This document shows, piece by piece, positions 12,979 to 26,603 of a DNA stretch of 64,000 bases. A model generated the notes under the pieces. The model was given only the letters and a program-made list of their open reading frames with translations. It searched no databases and was not told the DNA's origin. This DNA comes from Octopus sinensis (lineage: Eukaryota). Numbering within the stretch: position 1 is the first letter of the stretch; the number at the start of each line of letters is the position of its first letter. A program made the position numbers and the translations under genes. The DNA lies in NCBI RefSeq assembly GCF_006345805.1, contig NC_043005.1, forward strand, positions 109,182,001-109,246,000, read 5' to 3'.

Positions 12979-13172
12979 GGGAGAATTCACATAAAAGCAA
13001 AAGACGAAGACAGGTGGTGTAGAAAACAAACAGATATATTAGTTTAACGCTCAGGAAGTTAAAAATTTTCTTTAATGTTTCAAGGCTATGCTCTTCCACA
13101 GAAAGGAACACAGAAAGAATCAAGGAGAGAAAATAAAGAATGTATAGTGGCTAGCAATCCAACATGGCGATG
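12979..13172 (-). mobile_element. Family A mini-element copy
   Basis: Homologous to 813-992; core reads CTGTGGAA. Confidence 0.65.
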
Positions 13173-13194
13173 GATATATATATATATATATATA

Positions 13195-13547
13195 AGGTAG
13201 GATAAAATATTTTCGAAAAAAATTTCTATCAATGCCCAGCATATTAAAAAATACGTTTAAAGATTAAATTATAAACAACTTATAAATAAGGGCAAGCAAA
13301 AAGGTTTCTAATGCTAAATATGCCGAAAATTGGACATATTGTCCATTTACGAAGGGAGGGTTCTTTTTGAACTAACCCTGAAATCGGTCCGATATGGTAG
13401 TAATGGACTTTTTTAGAGATTTCTGTCGGCCTTTTTTTGAGTAGTGTGCGTACTGGGGAAAAAAATTATATGGTAAATGGACAATATGTCCAATTTTCGG
13501 CATATTTGGCATTAGAAATTTTTCGTTTGCCCTTATTTATAAGTTGT
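13195..13547. mobile_element. Fold-back PLE-tail-like element, arms 13275-13350 / 13473-13547
   Basis: ~75-bp inverted arms with a 122-bp spacer; begins taggataaaat like the 24.5 kb family; flanked by (TA)n. Confidence 0.6.
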
Positions 13548-13556
13548 ATATATATG

Positions 13557-13618
<62 letters not shown>

Positions 13619-13678
13619 CTATATATATGTATATATATATATTATGTAAGTAAGTATACACACACCACTCACACACAG

Positions 13679-13710
<32 letters not shown>

Positions 13711-14280
13711 TATATATCATTTATATTTTACTTGTTTCAGTCACAGGTGCTGTGGCACCCTCTTGAAAAGCCTTTAGTAGAATGAGTCAACGGAAGTACT
13801 TATTTTTTTATTTTCTAAGCTTGTCACTTATTCAATTGGTCTCTTTTGCCAAACTGCTAGGTTACAGGGAAAAGAAGATGCCTCCACCAGTTATCAAATG
13901 GTGGTTGGGGAAAAACAGATTGATAGATAGAAGAACACATAGATAGACAGGTAAAGCTGTATGTATACATATATATACGTATATATATGTATGTGTGTGT
14001 GTATATATACATATATTTATACATATATATATACATATATATATACACATATATATATACGTATATATATGTATATATATGTACATATATATATGTATAA
14101 TATAATATATGTATATATACATATATATATATACACATATATATATATTCATATATATATACATATATACATAAATACATATATATATATTTACATATAT
14201 ACATATTGGTATAGATGTATATATATATATATATATAATATATATGTGTGTGTGTATATATGTGCGTGTATATATAGATA

Positions 14281-14338
<58 letters not shown>

Positions 14339-14854
14339 ATATATATATACATCTATACATGACACATATATACGTAGATACACAGATATAATTTTCTATA
14401 TGTAAATAAAGATTTATATAGATACAATGAAATAGGGAAGTGGGTGAGATAGAGCAAGAAGAAGAGAGAAAAAGAGAGAGGGAGAGCAAAGAGCAGAAGA
14501 CAAAAAACTAGCAAAAATCAGGATTGGCAGGGAGAATGGGTGTACATATGTGTATGTAACTGTGCTTGCATGTGCATTTGTGTATCTGTGTATAGATAGC
14601 CATGCAAATCTATGTATGGGTATTCATGAAAATATTTAAGTTTATATATGTAGGAATAGGCATGTGTTGTGTGTGTGTGTGTGTGTTGTGTGTTTGTGTG
14701 TGTATATAAATATTTACATATATATATGTATATGTATAGATATGTATGTATATTATATATATATATATATATATAAATATAATATGTATATATATATATA
14801 TTATATAATATATGTATATGTATAAATATGTATGTTATTATATTATATATATAT

Positions 14855-14888
<34 letters not shown>

Positions 14889-15219
14889 AAATATATATAT
14901 ATATGTATAAATATGTATATATATATATGTGTATGTATAAATATGTATATAGATAGATAGATATAGAGATAGGTATATACACACAAATATATATATATAT
15001 ATATACAAGAATGCATATGCATGCATACATACATAAATGCATATATAAACATATACATCCACACATGCATGCACACACACATACAAACCTTTTCCTTTGC
15101 TTTTCCTTCTCTCACTAAATGAATTATATTCCTGCCTTTCTTTCTCCATCTCTCTCTATATATCTTTCTATTTTCCTTTTCAACATCAATCTACTAACCC
15201 AATTACACATTTGGTATGG

Positions 15220-15264
<45 letters not shown>

Positions 15265-15424
15265 TATATATATATATATATCTATATATATATGTATATA
15301 TATGTATGTATGATTTATATCTATCTATCCATCTCTCTGTTTTCATACATTTATATTATAGATATATGTTTTATATGTGAGTGTGCATGTGTGAGTGTGT
15401 ATAAGAGTGGCTGGATGCGTGAGC

Positions 15425-15460
<36 letters not shown>

Positions 15461-15580
15461 TTATGTGTATGTATGCATGTGTCTACATGTGTATACCCAC
15501 ACATTTATATAATGTCACTCAAACCATGAAATATTTTTCCAATTCCTATTCTGCAGTAATAAGTCTTCCTATGTGAGTCA

Positions 15581-15629
<49 letters not shown>

Positions 15630-15726
15630 CACACATACACACACATATATGAATATATATATATATTGAATATGCATATATGTGTATATATATATATATA
15701 TATTTATATCATCATACATACATACA

Positions 15727-15778
<52 letters not shown>

Positions 15779-15855
15779 GATATGATAGATAGATAGATAG
15801 ATACATTGAGAGATAATAGAGAAATTAAGATATATGTATATACATATATATATAC

Positions 15856-15890
<35 letters not shown>

Positions 15891-16934
15891 TCTCTCTCTC
15901 TCACTCTCTCTCTATATATATAGACATACATACTATATATATATATATATATATGTACATAAATTATATATATATATATATAATATATGTTGTACATATA
16001 TATACTTATATGTACATACATACATAAATATTTGCTTGTATGTATATGTTTGTGTGTGTAAATTACATGCAGACATATCTAAGTACATCTATATATGTAT
16101 ATATGTATATATATTTATATATATATATATATATAATATATATGTGTGTGTGTGTGTATTTGTGTGTGTGTGTGTGTATGTATATATAAACACACTTATA
16201 TATTCATATATATATATACATACACACACATGCACATACCAACATGCACCTACATCTAGTTACATTTACACCTTATTCTCCAGTCACAGACCCCAAGTCT
16301 GCAGTTCTTGCCTTTGCCATTCTCTACTGAGATACTTTTTTTACCGTTTTTTCTACACTTCTTTTTGTATCTGTAGCATTGTTTTTGCTTTGTTTATTGT
16401 TTTTCTGGTATGGCTGTTATTATAGCAATATTAATTTTCCTTAAGATAATGATGATGATGATTTTGAGGAAGATGTTGGTGTTGATCGTTATGATGATGG
16501 TAATGATGTTGTTTATCATGGTGGTTGTGATGGCACTCATGTTGTTTTTGTTTTTCCAAAGGTAATTTATTTATTTTTCATTTACCATTCCATGGCTTCA
16601 ATCTGAAATTAATATCTTTCCCTTTCTTAAATATACATTCATTTTACATACATATATGTATATATATATATATAAAATATATATATAGCTACTGGATTGA
16701 TATGTACATACACACACACATATGTCAGCATACATTTATAAATGTATGTATATATATATATATATATGCATCAATGTATATATGTGTGTGCATATGTGTT
16801 TATACAAAAACACATGCATATATAAATATGAGCATACATACATATGTATGTCTGTATGCATATTTCCATACGAATATATTACTATGTGTACTAATACATA
16901 TATATGTAGATACTCTGATGTACAATCATAGATT

Positions 16935-16982
<48 letters not shown>

Positions 16983-17139
16983 AGTATGTATATATGTGTG
17001 TGTGTTTATGCATGCTTACACATACATGTATATATATGAAGATATATATAATAAATATATATATAATACATATATATGTATATGTATATATAATATATTA
17101 CATATACATATACATATACATATGACATATATATAATAA

Positions 17140-17170
<31 letters not shown>

Positions 17171-17213
17171 TATATATATTTATATATATATTATATATAT
17201 ATATACACACACA

Positions 17214-17260
<47 letters not shown>

Positions 17261-17290
17261 CCACACCACACACATATATATATATATATA
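13548..17290. repeat. Extended microsatellite-rich region ((TA), (TG), (CATA), (GATA)) with SINE remnant at 13720-13935
   Basis: Directly visible; the IYIY/HTHT ORFs are its translations. Confidence 0.85.
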
Positions 17291-17379
17291 TATAGTATTC
17301 CACATACACACTAGCAAAAGCAGGCAGGCAGATAGAGAGGCCTTGCAATCATAATTTCTATGCCCTTTTTCCATACTCT

Positions 17380-18260
17380 CAAAATTAAAATGAATATTGT
17401 ACCACACATCTTTCACCACTTCTTTCATGCCTCTCTTAGCATTCCTCTTTTTTGCACAGTTTCCTTTCCACTTGGACTCCTTGGTATCTTCCATATTCAA
17501 ATGTCATCTTTTATTTGAATCTCTTTTCTACACCGATGCTGTGTCCTTTGCAGTGCACCATTTCCGATTCCTTTTATACTCAGTTTTTCTCTGAACTCAC
17601 TTTGCCTTTTCCTTCTATGCACATCAGTGGTATACATCCAATGGCACATGCTTTCTTGACTTCTTCACAGCCTTATTAAATATCATACAATCTGCTCTTC
17701 AGTCAGAGGGGTAGGTATTCTTTTTGTTGCACCTTATTCTTGCTCTGGCAGCTATGATTTTATAGTCCTCATTCCACTTTTAATTAAATCTCTTAGGTAA
17801 TGAAATCCATCAGCTACTGCTAACGATTCTTTCTGAGCATTTGAAAGAGCCTCTCTTATGGATGTTCTGACAGCTCACTGCTCTTTTGTATTTGTGACAT
17901 ACATTGTCTTTCTTCCCTATCAGTCAGCTAGTGTTTTAATTGTTTCTTCTGTTCTATTATTTACAATGAGAGCACCCTTTGAAAATCTGAAATTCCTACT
18001 TCCCTTACTTCTGTATCTTACTCATGGCCATCTCCCAACTGACAGTAGAGTCCAACCTTAAAAATATCATCTTTGCTGGGTTTACTTTTAAGTTTCCCAC
18101 TTGGATTTTTTTTTTCTTTGCATCAGCATTTGTGATTCCTGTTCTAAGTCTTCAACAAATTCAGCTCTGAAAACTAGGTCATTAGCATCCAAACACAGCC
18201 ACTTTTAAACTCCACTGCTATGGTCTTGAGAGGTAAACTTCAAAAATAGGGACTGAGAAT
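17380..18260 (-). mobile_element. Decayed RTE-clade LINE, 3' part of ORF
   Basis: ANDLVFRAEFVEDLEQ (YADD region), GNLKVNPAK, RWMYTTDVHRRKRQSEFREKLSIKGI, EVVKD. Confidence 0.75.
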
Positions 18261-18283
18261 TGAGTTCTGATAGACAACTGCTG

Positions 18284-18452
18284 ACATGTTAAATCCTTCA
18301 CTCAACTAATTGCTAACATGGCATATTATTTACAGAGTTCTTGTTGGCCACCAATTCTGTTTTAGTAACCCCCAGTCTGTCTACATGTTAAATCCCTCAC
18401 TGAACTCATTGCTAATATATGGCATATCATTTACATAGCTCCTGTTAGTCAT
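18284..18452. repeat. Two diverged ~100-bp tandem copies (acatgttaaatcc...)
   Basis: Unit starts near 18284 and 18383. Confidence 0.7.
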
Positions 18453-18769
18453 CTATTATGGACAATTAATTTTAGTTTAGCAACTTCCAGCCTGCAGAAA
18501 TGAAATTATGAAAAGTCTTTTTCAGATTGATGAATGCCTTGGGCCAGATCTGATCTAGCTAACCTTTTGACAAAGATGTTTCAGCTGTGACCATCCCATT
18601 GCTTATTACAATGTCTAGGACTAAATAATTCAGTGTACATTTCAATTTATATTGTTTAAGCAAATGTCAGCTGAAATTAAACAGAAACATATAATATAAA
18701 AGTCATTCAGCTGTGATCCTATCATAATATTTTCTATTATCAGATTTAAATTAAAGCAACAAGCTGGCA

Positions 18770-19170
18770 GAGTCATTAGCAAGCTGGGTGAAATGCTCAG
18801 CAGTATTTTGTCTGCTGCTACGTCCTGAGTTCAAATTCCACCAAGATCATCTTTGCTTTCATTGTTTTGGAGTCGATAAATTAAGTACCTATTTCTTTAC
18901 TACCCACAAGGGGCTAAACACAGAGAGGACAAACAACGACAGACAAACGGATTAAGTCGATTACATCGACCTCAGTGCGTAATTGGTACTTAATTTATCG
19001 ACCCCGAAAGGATGAAAGGCAAAGTCGACCTCAGCGGAATTTGAACTCAGAACGTAACGGCAGACAAAATACCGCTAAGCATTTCGCCCGGCATGCTAAC
19101 GTTTCTGCCAGCTCGCCTAAATTAAGTACCAGTGAGACACTGGGGTCGATTCGAACAATTAGTGCCCTCC
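18770..19170. mobile_element. Nested S-A SINEs (plus-strand copy interrupted by a minus-strand copy at ~18890-19115)
   Basis: Collinear with 4667-4893 on both strands. Confidence 0.75.
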
Positions 19171-19401
19171 CCCAAAATTTCAGGCCTCAAGCATTTAGTA
19201 GAAAGGAATGTCACATTAATCATGTATGTTCATTATGTAATTATATAAATGATAATATTTTATTTTATTGGAAACACATCATCATCATCATCATCATCGT
19301 TGTAGTTTAACGTCCGCTTTCCCTGCTGCCATAGGTTGGACGGTTTGACTGAGGACTGGCAAGCCAGAAGGCTGCATCAGGCTCCAACCTGATCTGGCAA
19401 A

Positions 19402-19437
<36 letters not shown>

Positions 19438-19603
19438 GTAAGTGCTTTTTGTCTGTCTAAGATTTTTTTAAATAATTAATAACTTTAAAGAATGTCTTTC
19501 TTCATATATTGTGACTGTATTAAGTACTTTTTGCCAAAACATTTAAATATTAGTGTGGCTTTGCATGTTCAAGTGTGTGTCTGGGTGTACATTTATACAT
19601 GCA

Positions 19604-19638
<35 letters not shown>

Positions 19639-21213
19639 ATGTGTACATACACATTCACACACACACACACACATGTAAGTGTTTTTCACTAGAGAATTTC
19701 ATTCAAAGTCAAAAGGTTTTACTCTGTAAGACTAAAACCAGCAACTGTTGTGCTGTGATACTGTTCTACCACACAACCAGAACTCATCAACAATATACTT
19801 TGTATTGAACAATAAATTATTAATACTACCTGCAAGTTCAAGTTTGATCTTTTTATTAAGGACAGTGCATCGTTATAACTGTTTATTTTGGAAATGAGAT
19901 TGCAAAAGTCTTGAACATCAGTCTAATAAATTTAGGAATGTTATTGTTCGGAACCAAACCTGAAGTACTAATAAGAAAGTAGGAAAAATCCTTAATAAAA
20001 AAAGATGGAACTTGAATCTAGTCATGCTTTTGATATAATATAATGTAATATAATATATATATGTCTAATAAAATATATTTACACACACACACATATATAT
20101 ATATGCATATATGTATATGCATACATGTTATATATGTATTATATTATATATATATATATATATATCATATATATATATTAATATATATATATATATATAT
20201 ATACATGTATATATATATACATATATAGACATATATATATATATATGTATATACACACATATCTATATATATATATACTATATATATACAATATTATAAA
20301 TATATATATATATTATATATTATATATATACACACCAATATATATATATAATTATAATATATATGTATATATTATAATGTAAATAGTATGTATACATGTA
20401 TATATGTATATACATTATATATGTATATTATATATATATATTGTATTTATGTATTTGTATGTATACTGCACTAGGGATCCATTTTAAAAGCAGAAATCAA
20501 GATTAAGTGCTCAATAAGTCTAAGTTTTGAGTATTATAATATAATATATGTATACTGAGTCAAGAAAAGAATTGAAAATTTTATATGTTAAAACAAAATA
20601 TATATCTTACTCCATCTCTCCTTCTGTCTGTCTCTCTCTCTCTTTCTCTCTACATCCTGTCTTCCTTTCTCACTATATAAAAAAGTAATATATATATCAT
20701 CATTTATACATTTATATTTTATAAATGTGTGTATGTGTCTATGTATATATATGTTATAATCATAAACGGTTCTATATCAATATTTTTTATGAGATGAATA
20801 TATTTTCTTAAAAAAAATGTGTACCATATTCCTGTTCTCACTATCTACATGAATTTTTAAAAATCATCATAAGAATTGCATCTGGAGAAATAGTTGTCTG
20901 CTACTGGTGAAGAATCAACATAATTGAATTTCTGTGAATAGCAAAGTTAAAAGACAATCTTTTAGAAATTCATGATGCAATTCTGTTGTGAGTCTCAATG
21001 TTATTTTACTTCAACCAGGAAGCAGAAATTATTAACTTAGACTCTGCTGTAGAGTATGTGTGAAGAGATGTGTTGAACATTACAATCACTTTTGTATGCA
21101 TATATTACAATGAATAGTATATATACACGTACTCACGTACTCTATATGCCAGTTCACTCATTATAGCCAATAATAAATGGATCTCCATTGGCTTAACCAA
21201 TCATCATTCAGTT

Positions 21214-21619
21214 ACTCTCTCTTTTACTCTCTTTTACTTGTTTCAGTCATTTGACTGCGGCCATGCTGGAGCACCACCTTTAATCGAGCAACCCGACCCC
21301 GGAACTTATTCTTTTGTAAGCCCAGTACTTATTCTATCGGTCTCTTTTGCCGAACCGCTAAGTAACGGGGACATAAACACACCAGCATCGGTTGTCAAGC
21401 AATGCTAGGGGGACAAACACACACACACACACACGCATATATATATACATATATACGACGGGCTTCTTTCAGTTTCCGTCTACCAAATCCACTCACAAGG
21501 CTTTGGTCGGCCCAGGGCTATAGTAGAAGACACTTGCCCAAGGTGCCACGCAGTGGGACTGAACCTGTAACCATGTGGTTGGTAAACAAGCTACTTACCA
21601 CACAGCCACTCCTGCGCCT
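21214..21619 (-). mobile_element. OK-like SINE (S-B), young copy
   Basis: Near-identical to 54259-54678. Confidence 0.9.
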
Positions 21620-21919
21620 ATTTCATCTACTGAGCAAACTCAGGTTGAATCAGCATGATAGAGTGTAACAGGGAAGGGCTTTTAAATTTAGGGTAAAATC
21701 CATTTGATGACCTTCCAAACTGTTTCTTTCGACCCCTTTTCACTGACAAGATATGGATCAACTGAGGCTACAGTAAAAGATAGTTATCCAAAATGCCATG
21801 CAATGGGCTCAGTTATGGGATCATATTATAAAGTAAACTTTTTAACCCTCGGCTCGAACAGTGTTCAATTAATACATACATATTTAAACAACCTGTATAT
21901 GTACACAACACAGTTAGTA

Positions 21920-21957
<38 letters not shown>

Positions 21958-22004
21958 AAACTACTAGTATATATACACAATGCAACTATATATATATATA
22001 TATC

Positions 22005-22311
22005 ACCATGATCACTGTGACTGACCAGGCTATCAGATGTTGCTACACATCGCTGGTCACAATACGCTTCGCATTGTTTTAGCCTTCAAATGATGCCACC
22101 TCGCTGGCTAAGCAAGCAGGCCAACAGAAGAAAGAGTAAGAGAAAGTTGTGGCAAAAAGAATACAGCAGGGATCACCACCATCCCCTGCCGGAGCCTCAT
22201 GGAGCTTTAGGTGTTTTTGCTCAATAAACAGTCTCAATGCCCGGTCTGGGAATTGAAACCACGATTCTACAACCGCGAGTCCGCTGCCCTAACCACTGGG
22301 CCATTGTGCCT

Positions 22312-22313
<2 letters not shown>
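22005..22313 (-). mobile_element. OR-like SINE (S-C)
   Basis: Collinear with 8025-8311. Confidence 0.85.
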
Positions 22314-22406
<93 letters not shown>

Positions 22407-22555
22407 TAAATATACACACATTATAAATACTACTAGCATATATATGACTGGATTGCCATTGTCTGAGTTCACATGTATTTAGGGATACTACTCGCCTTGA
22501 GGAGTTGATGGACTGCAAGTTATCATTCCTGTTTCATTTTTGGTTTGGTTTTCAG

Positions 22556-22599
22556 AGCTGGATGTCTGTCCTAACATCAACCTCTTTACAGAATATTCG
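22556..22599 (+). CDS. Candidate 44-bp exon (LDVCPNINLFTEYS or SWMSVLTSTSLQNI)
   Basis: Strong tttggttttcAG acceptor and TCG|gtgaat donor; two open frames. Confidence 0.25.
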
Positions 22600-22947
22600 G
22601 TGAATTTTGTATAAATTTATGTTATAATATAACAATGCATTGCATTAGCTCTGTTGTGAATCCAATACGCATTCACATTTATCTTCGAGTACAGCCTGCC
22701 ATCAATCCCTCTCCCTCAGGTCGCTGAGTTTAACATCCATCACACAAAAATAGCCTCTGAATTAGCTATCATGCATTTTCTCGCTCTCCCTTCTTTTCTA
22801 TACTATCAGCCTGGTCACAGTAACAGTAGAACTTCGTCTTGGAAGGGCCTTCCATTGCCCTCTCGTATTTCCATACATTCATTACTCAACCGATATTCTT
22901 AAAGACTATCGCCCTCTCAAAAATCTCCAAACCTCATCTTATGCTCT

Positions 22948-23169
22948 TTTACTCTTCTACTTGTTTCAGTCATTTGACTGCGGCCATGCTGGAGCACCAC
23001 CTTTATTCGAGCAAATCGACCCCAGGACTTATTGTTTGTAAGCCTAGTACTTATTCTATCGGTCTCTTTTGCCGAGCCGCTAAGTTTCGGTGATGTAAAC
23101 ACACCAGCATCTGTTGTCAAGCTATGTTGGGGGGGGGACAAACACACACACACACACATACATCCATAC

Positions 23170-23223
<54 letters not shown>

Positions 23224-23833
23224 CATACACACATACATATATACGACGGGCTTACCAGCACATGTGCCGGTGGAATGTGAGAAACTACATTCGAGTGTGG
23301 TTGTTGCCAGTGCTGCTGGACTGACTCCTGTGCAGGTATCACATAAAAACACCTTTTGAGCATGAACATGGCCATTGTCAGAACTACCTGACTGGCTCTC
23401 ATGCCAGTAGCATGTAAGAAGCACCCACTACACTCTCAGAGGTGTTGGCATTAGGAAGGGCATCCAGCTGTAGAAACTTTGCCAGACTAGATTGAGCCTT
23501 GTACAGTCTCTGACTCACCAGTCCTCAGTCAAACCGTCCAATTCATGCCAGCATGGAAAGCGGACATTAAACGATGATGATGATGAGTTGATTTGGTAGA
23601 AGGAAACTGAAAGAAGCCCTTCGTATATATGTGTGTGTGCCTGTGTTTATCCCCCACAGCATTGCTTGACAACCAATGCTGGTGTGTTTACCTCCTCGTA
23701 TCTTAGCAGTTCAGCAAAAGAGACCGATAGAATAAGTACTAGGCTTACAAAGAATAAGTCCTGGGGTCGATTTGCTCGACTAAAAGTGGTGCTCCAGCAT
23801 GGCCACAGTCAAATGACTGAAAGAAGTAAAAGA
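22948..23833. mobile_element. SINE cluster: partial S-B (-) 22948-23250, RTE-tail SINE (+) 23265-23585, partial S-B (+) 23586-23833
   Basis: Collinear with other copies in the window. Confidence 0.8.
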
Positions 23834-23965
23834 GTATGAAACTATTTGGTAGCAACTTTGAACATATGTGTTCATGTATATGTATGTGTGTGTGTGCAGA
23901 TATTCTTTTGTATGTTCCAGCCCTAAGACAGTGGCCATGCTGGGGCATCACCAGTGAAAATACTG

Positions 23966-24038
23966 TGCCCAACGTGGAGCATGAACCCATGACCCTAAGA
24001 TTAAGAGTGCCATGCTCTAGCGACTGAGCTAGCCAGGC
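23966..24038 (-). pseudogene. tRNA-Lys(CUU) pseudogene / SINE head
   Basis: 73 nt, GCCTGGCTAGCTCAGTCGCTAGAGCATGGCACTCTTAATCTTAGGGTCATGGGTTCATGCTCCACGTTGGGCA; ~10 differences from the canonical metazoan tRNA-Lys-CTT, including D-loop GG>GC and T-loop TTCGA>TTCAT; followed by a SINE-type tail. Confidence 0.8.
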
Positions 24039-24519
24039 TGTATATACATATATATCAAACTAGCTTGTTAAGAAAATCTCAATTAGAGACAAAAGCAATA
24101 TTTATACTAAGAAGTGATGTTTATTGCCACCTGAATGTGGGTGTTCTATAAGAACAAACAATACTGCTATTTTAACCCCAGGAGGATGCCTCCTGCAACT
24201 GGTTATGTTGTGCAGTTCACACACAATATTTATTGCATGCAGGGAGAGAACTGCCTGCTATTCTAGCTCAGAGACCACGATATCAAGTGATTTTGATCTC
24301 ATTTTGATCATCCTCAGTGATGGATACTTGTCTGCTAGACATAGCAGTCATTTACCCCAGGTCGCTTTTTATAGAAAAACAATGTCATACAGTGACTGGT
24401 TTTGCAACTGGCAAACTAGCTCATTAAGAAAATCTCTATTAGAGATGAAAGCTGTATTTGTACTTAGAAGTAATGTTTATCACCACCAAAACATATATAT
24501 ATATACATACATATATATA

Positions 24520-25232
24520 TTACAATTTAAAAATAGGATAAAATCTTCATAAGAATTTATCAAGTAGTTAGCATGAAAAACCTCATAAGAGAAAAAAATC
24601 CATCAATTTTTTCACTTAAATATATTTATTTATATTATATAGAGGGCAATATTTTTGTAGTTTTGACTTTAAGAGTCCCTCCTAGCGTGTGGCATTTATG
24701 TGTAATAATGCCCTCTATATAATATAAATAAATATATTCAAGTGAAAAAATTGATGGATTTTTTTTTCTGTTATGAGGTTTTTTACGCTAACTACTTGAT
24801 AAATTGTTATGAAGATTTTATCCTATTTTTGAATTGTAAATTTGACCGGAGTATATTCAATACTGAATTTTTATTCTGAATAAGCATGTTATTACTGAAA
24901 TGTAATTCGAAAAAGCCCGCCATTTACATAGATGTATAAGGGGTGAACATTTCTACATGCTGCATTGGATATGACAGTTGTTCACCTGGTATGTTGTTTT
25001 TGTTCATTCATTATAAATCTTGAATTATGCTTGCACTGAGGAGTGAAAAGTGCATACCACTGCACTGATTATGAAATCACAGTGTGATATGCAGCTGAAT
25101 TCTGTTTTTAAATGACTTGCTTCTAGAGAGTTGGTTTTGGTACGATATGTTTATTTATTTTAGTAGTTTTGACTTTACGAGTCCCTCCTAGTGTGTGGTA
25201 TTTATGTGCAATAATGTCCTCTATATAATATA
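24520..25232 (+). mobile_element. Fold-back plus terminally redundant ~506-bp monomer (family D; PLE pseudo-LTR / retrozyme candidate)
   Basis: Inverted arms 24520-24648 / 24709-24840; direct repeat gtagttttgacttt...ctctatataatata at 24657 and 25163; homologous to 40712-41590. Confidence 0.75.
25031..25094 (+). ncRNA. Full type I hammerhead ribozyme, canonical core
   Basis: TTGCA-CTGAGGA-GTGA-AA-AGTGCA-TACCAC-TGCACT-GA-TTAT-GAAA-TCAC-AGT-GTGA-TA-TGCAG: all three stems pair, AUA triplet. Confidence 0.8.
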
Positions 25233-26271
25233 TATAATATATATATATATACTATATATATATATATATATACATGCATTTATATGTATATATGTATGTG
25301 TGTCTAATTATGTTTGTGAAAATGACTTCATATTTCCTATCATCATCACATGTATTGACTGACTGATATCAGCAGCTTTGCAACTATTGTCAACAAAAAA
25401 CTCATTCAAACACTGTCAGTTGTTTCCAGTTCACCTCATACCTGTGTCCATGATGTTTGTTGCTTTTGAGACAGGATGATTATTACCTTGCTTGGAAAAG
25501 CTGAGGGTTGGCTACAGGAAGAGCATTCAGCTATAGAAAAATCTACAACAATAAAATTCTATATGATCCATGCAGGCATGATAAAAGGGGGCTTTGAAAT
25601 GGTGATGATGATGGTGAAGAAGAAGAAGAAATGAGAGGAAGGAGAAGAGGGGAGGGGGAAAGGAGGGCAGTGGATAGGAGGCGGCAGGGGTGGTGGCGGT
25701 GTCAGCAGCAGCAGCGTTGGTGGCAGTGGTGAAGGAGAAGGAAGGGGTGGAGCGGTATGCAATTTTGAAATGGGTGGCTAAAGATATTGAAGGAGTAAAT
25801 GTTTGAAACCAAGTTGGATTAATCGTTTATAAAAACAGAAAGAGAATTAAGTCATTTTGTAATCGTTTTATAAGAGAAAGAAAGAAAGAAAGAAAGAAAG
25901 AGAGGATGAGAGAGAGAGTGAGAGAGAGAGAGAATGAGGCAGAAACTTCCTGTAATACTTCTCTCCCTTGCCAAGAATTAAGCAGAGCCAATGAAAATGC
26001 ACTCATATTACATAAAAGAAATCTAGTCAAAAATATGAGATCCTAAGATTTTTGAATAAAGGGATCATAAATTAGAATTCTTAGAAACTCAGTGATACAT
26101 GAGTTAGCTATTGGTTTACATGGATACACAGACACACGCATACATGCACACACACACATGCATGCACATACGCACATACACGTACACAGATTGCACAGTT
26201 GATGTCTTTTCTCATATCTCCTCAAATGCTATCTTTGAAATTATTATTTACTATAAAAAGAAACTGCTATC

Positions 26272-26603
26272 TGTTGTGTCTGGGGAGAGTCATTTTCTTT
26301 TTGTGCCTTATTATTTAACAAACTCACCGGTAAAATTTCCACTTTTTTCTTATTTTTATTGTCCTAAAATTTTCGTTGCGTCTTGCAACCTTTTCAATAG
26401 TTTTGAAATGGTCAAATCTATTGAAAAGGTTGCAAGGCGCAACGAAAATTTTAGGACAATAAAAATAAGAAAAAAGTGGAAATTTTACCGGTGAGTGTGT
26501 TAAATAATAAGGCACTAAAAGAGAATGACTCTCCCCAGACACAACAGAATATGCTTCAACACACGAACTCATATAAAGAATCTTGCAAACCAAATCCAAA
26601 AAT
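26272..26603 (-). mobile_element. Fold-back PLE-tail-like element (family F) with 12-bp TSD
   Basis: Arms 26271-26400 / 26418-26547; GAAACTGCTATC at 26260-26271 and 26604-26615; unfolded copy at 60290-60490. Confidence 0.8.
26418..26454 (+). ncRNA. Hammerhead-like motif, U3-A8 core, weak stem I
   Basis: CTA-TTGAAAA-G-GTTGC-AAGGC-GCAAC-GAA-AATT-T-TAG; only 3 bp of stem I. Confidence 0.4.

Noticed and set aside
19861-19978. Possible plus-strand exon GQCIVITVYFGNEIAKVLNIS... (also 30168-30222 minus)
   Set aside because: Weak splice signals and no recognisable homology; open frames this short arise by chance.
23966-24038. Functional tRNA-Lys gene
   Set aside because: Invariant D-loop G19 and T-loop residues are altered, the anticodon stem is mismatched, and it is attached to a SINE tail.
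24056-24487. 75-bp diverged direct repeat 356 bp apart as a mini-LTR element
   Set aside because: No TG..CA ends, TSD, PBS or PPT; more likely an old tandem duplication of a repeat fragment.
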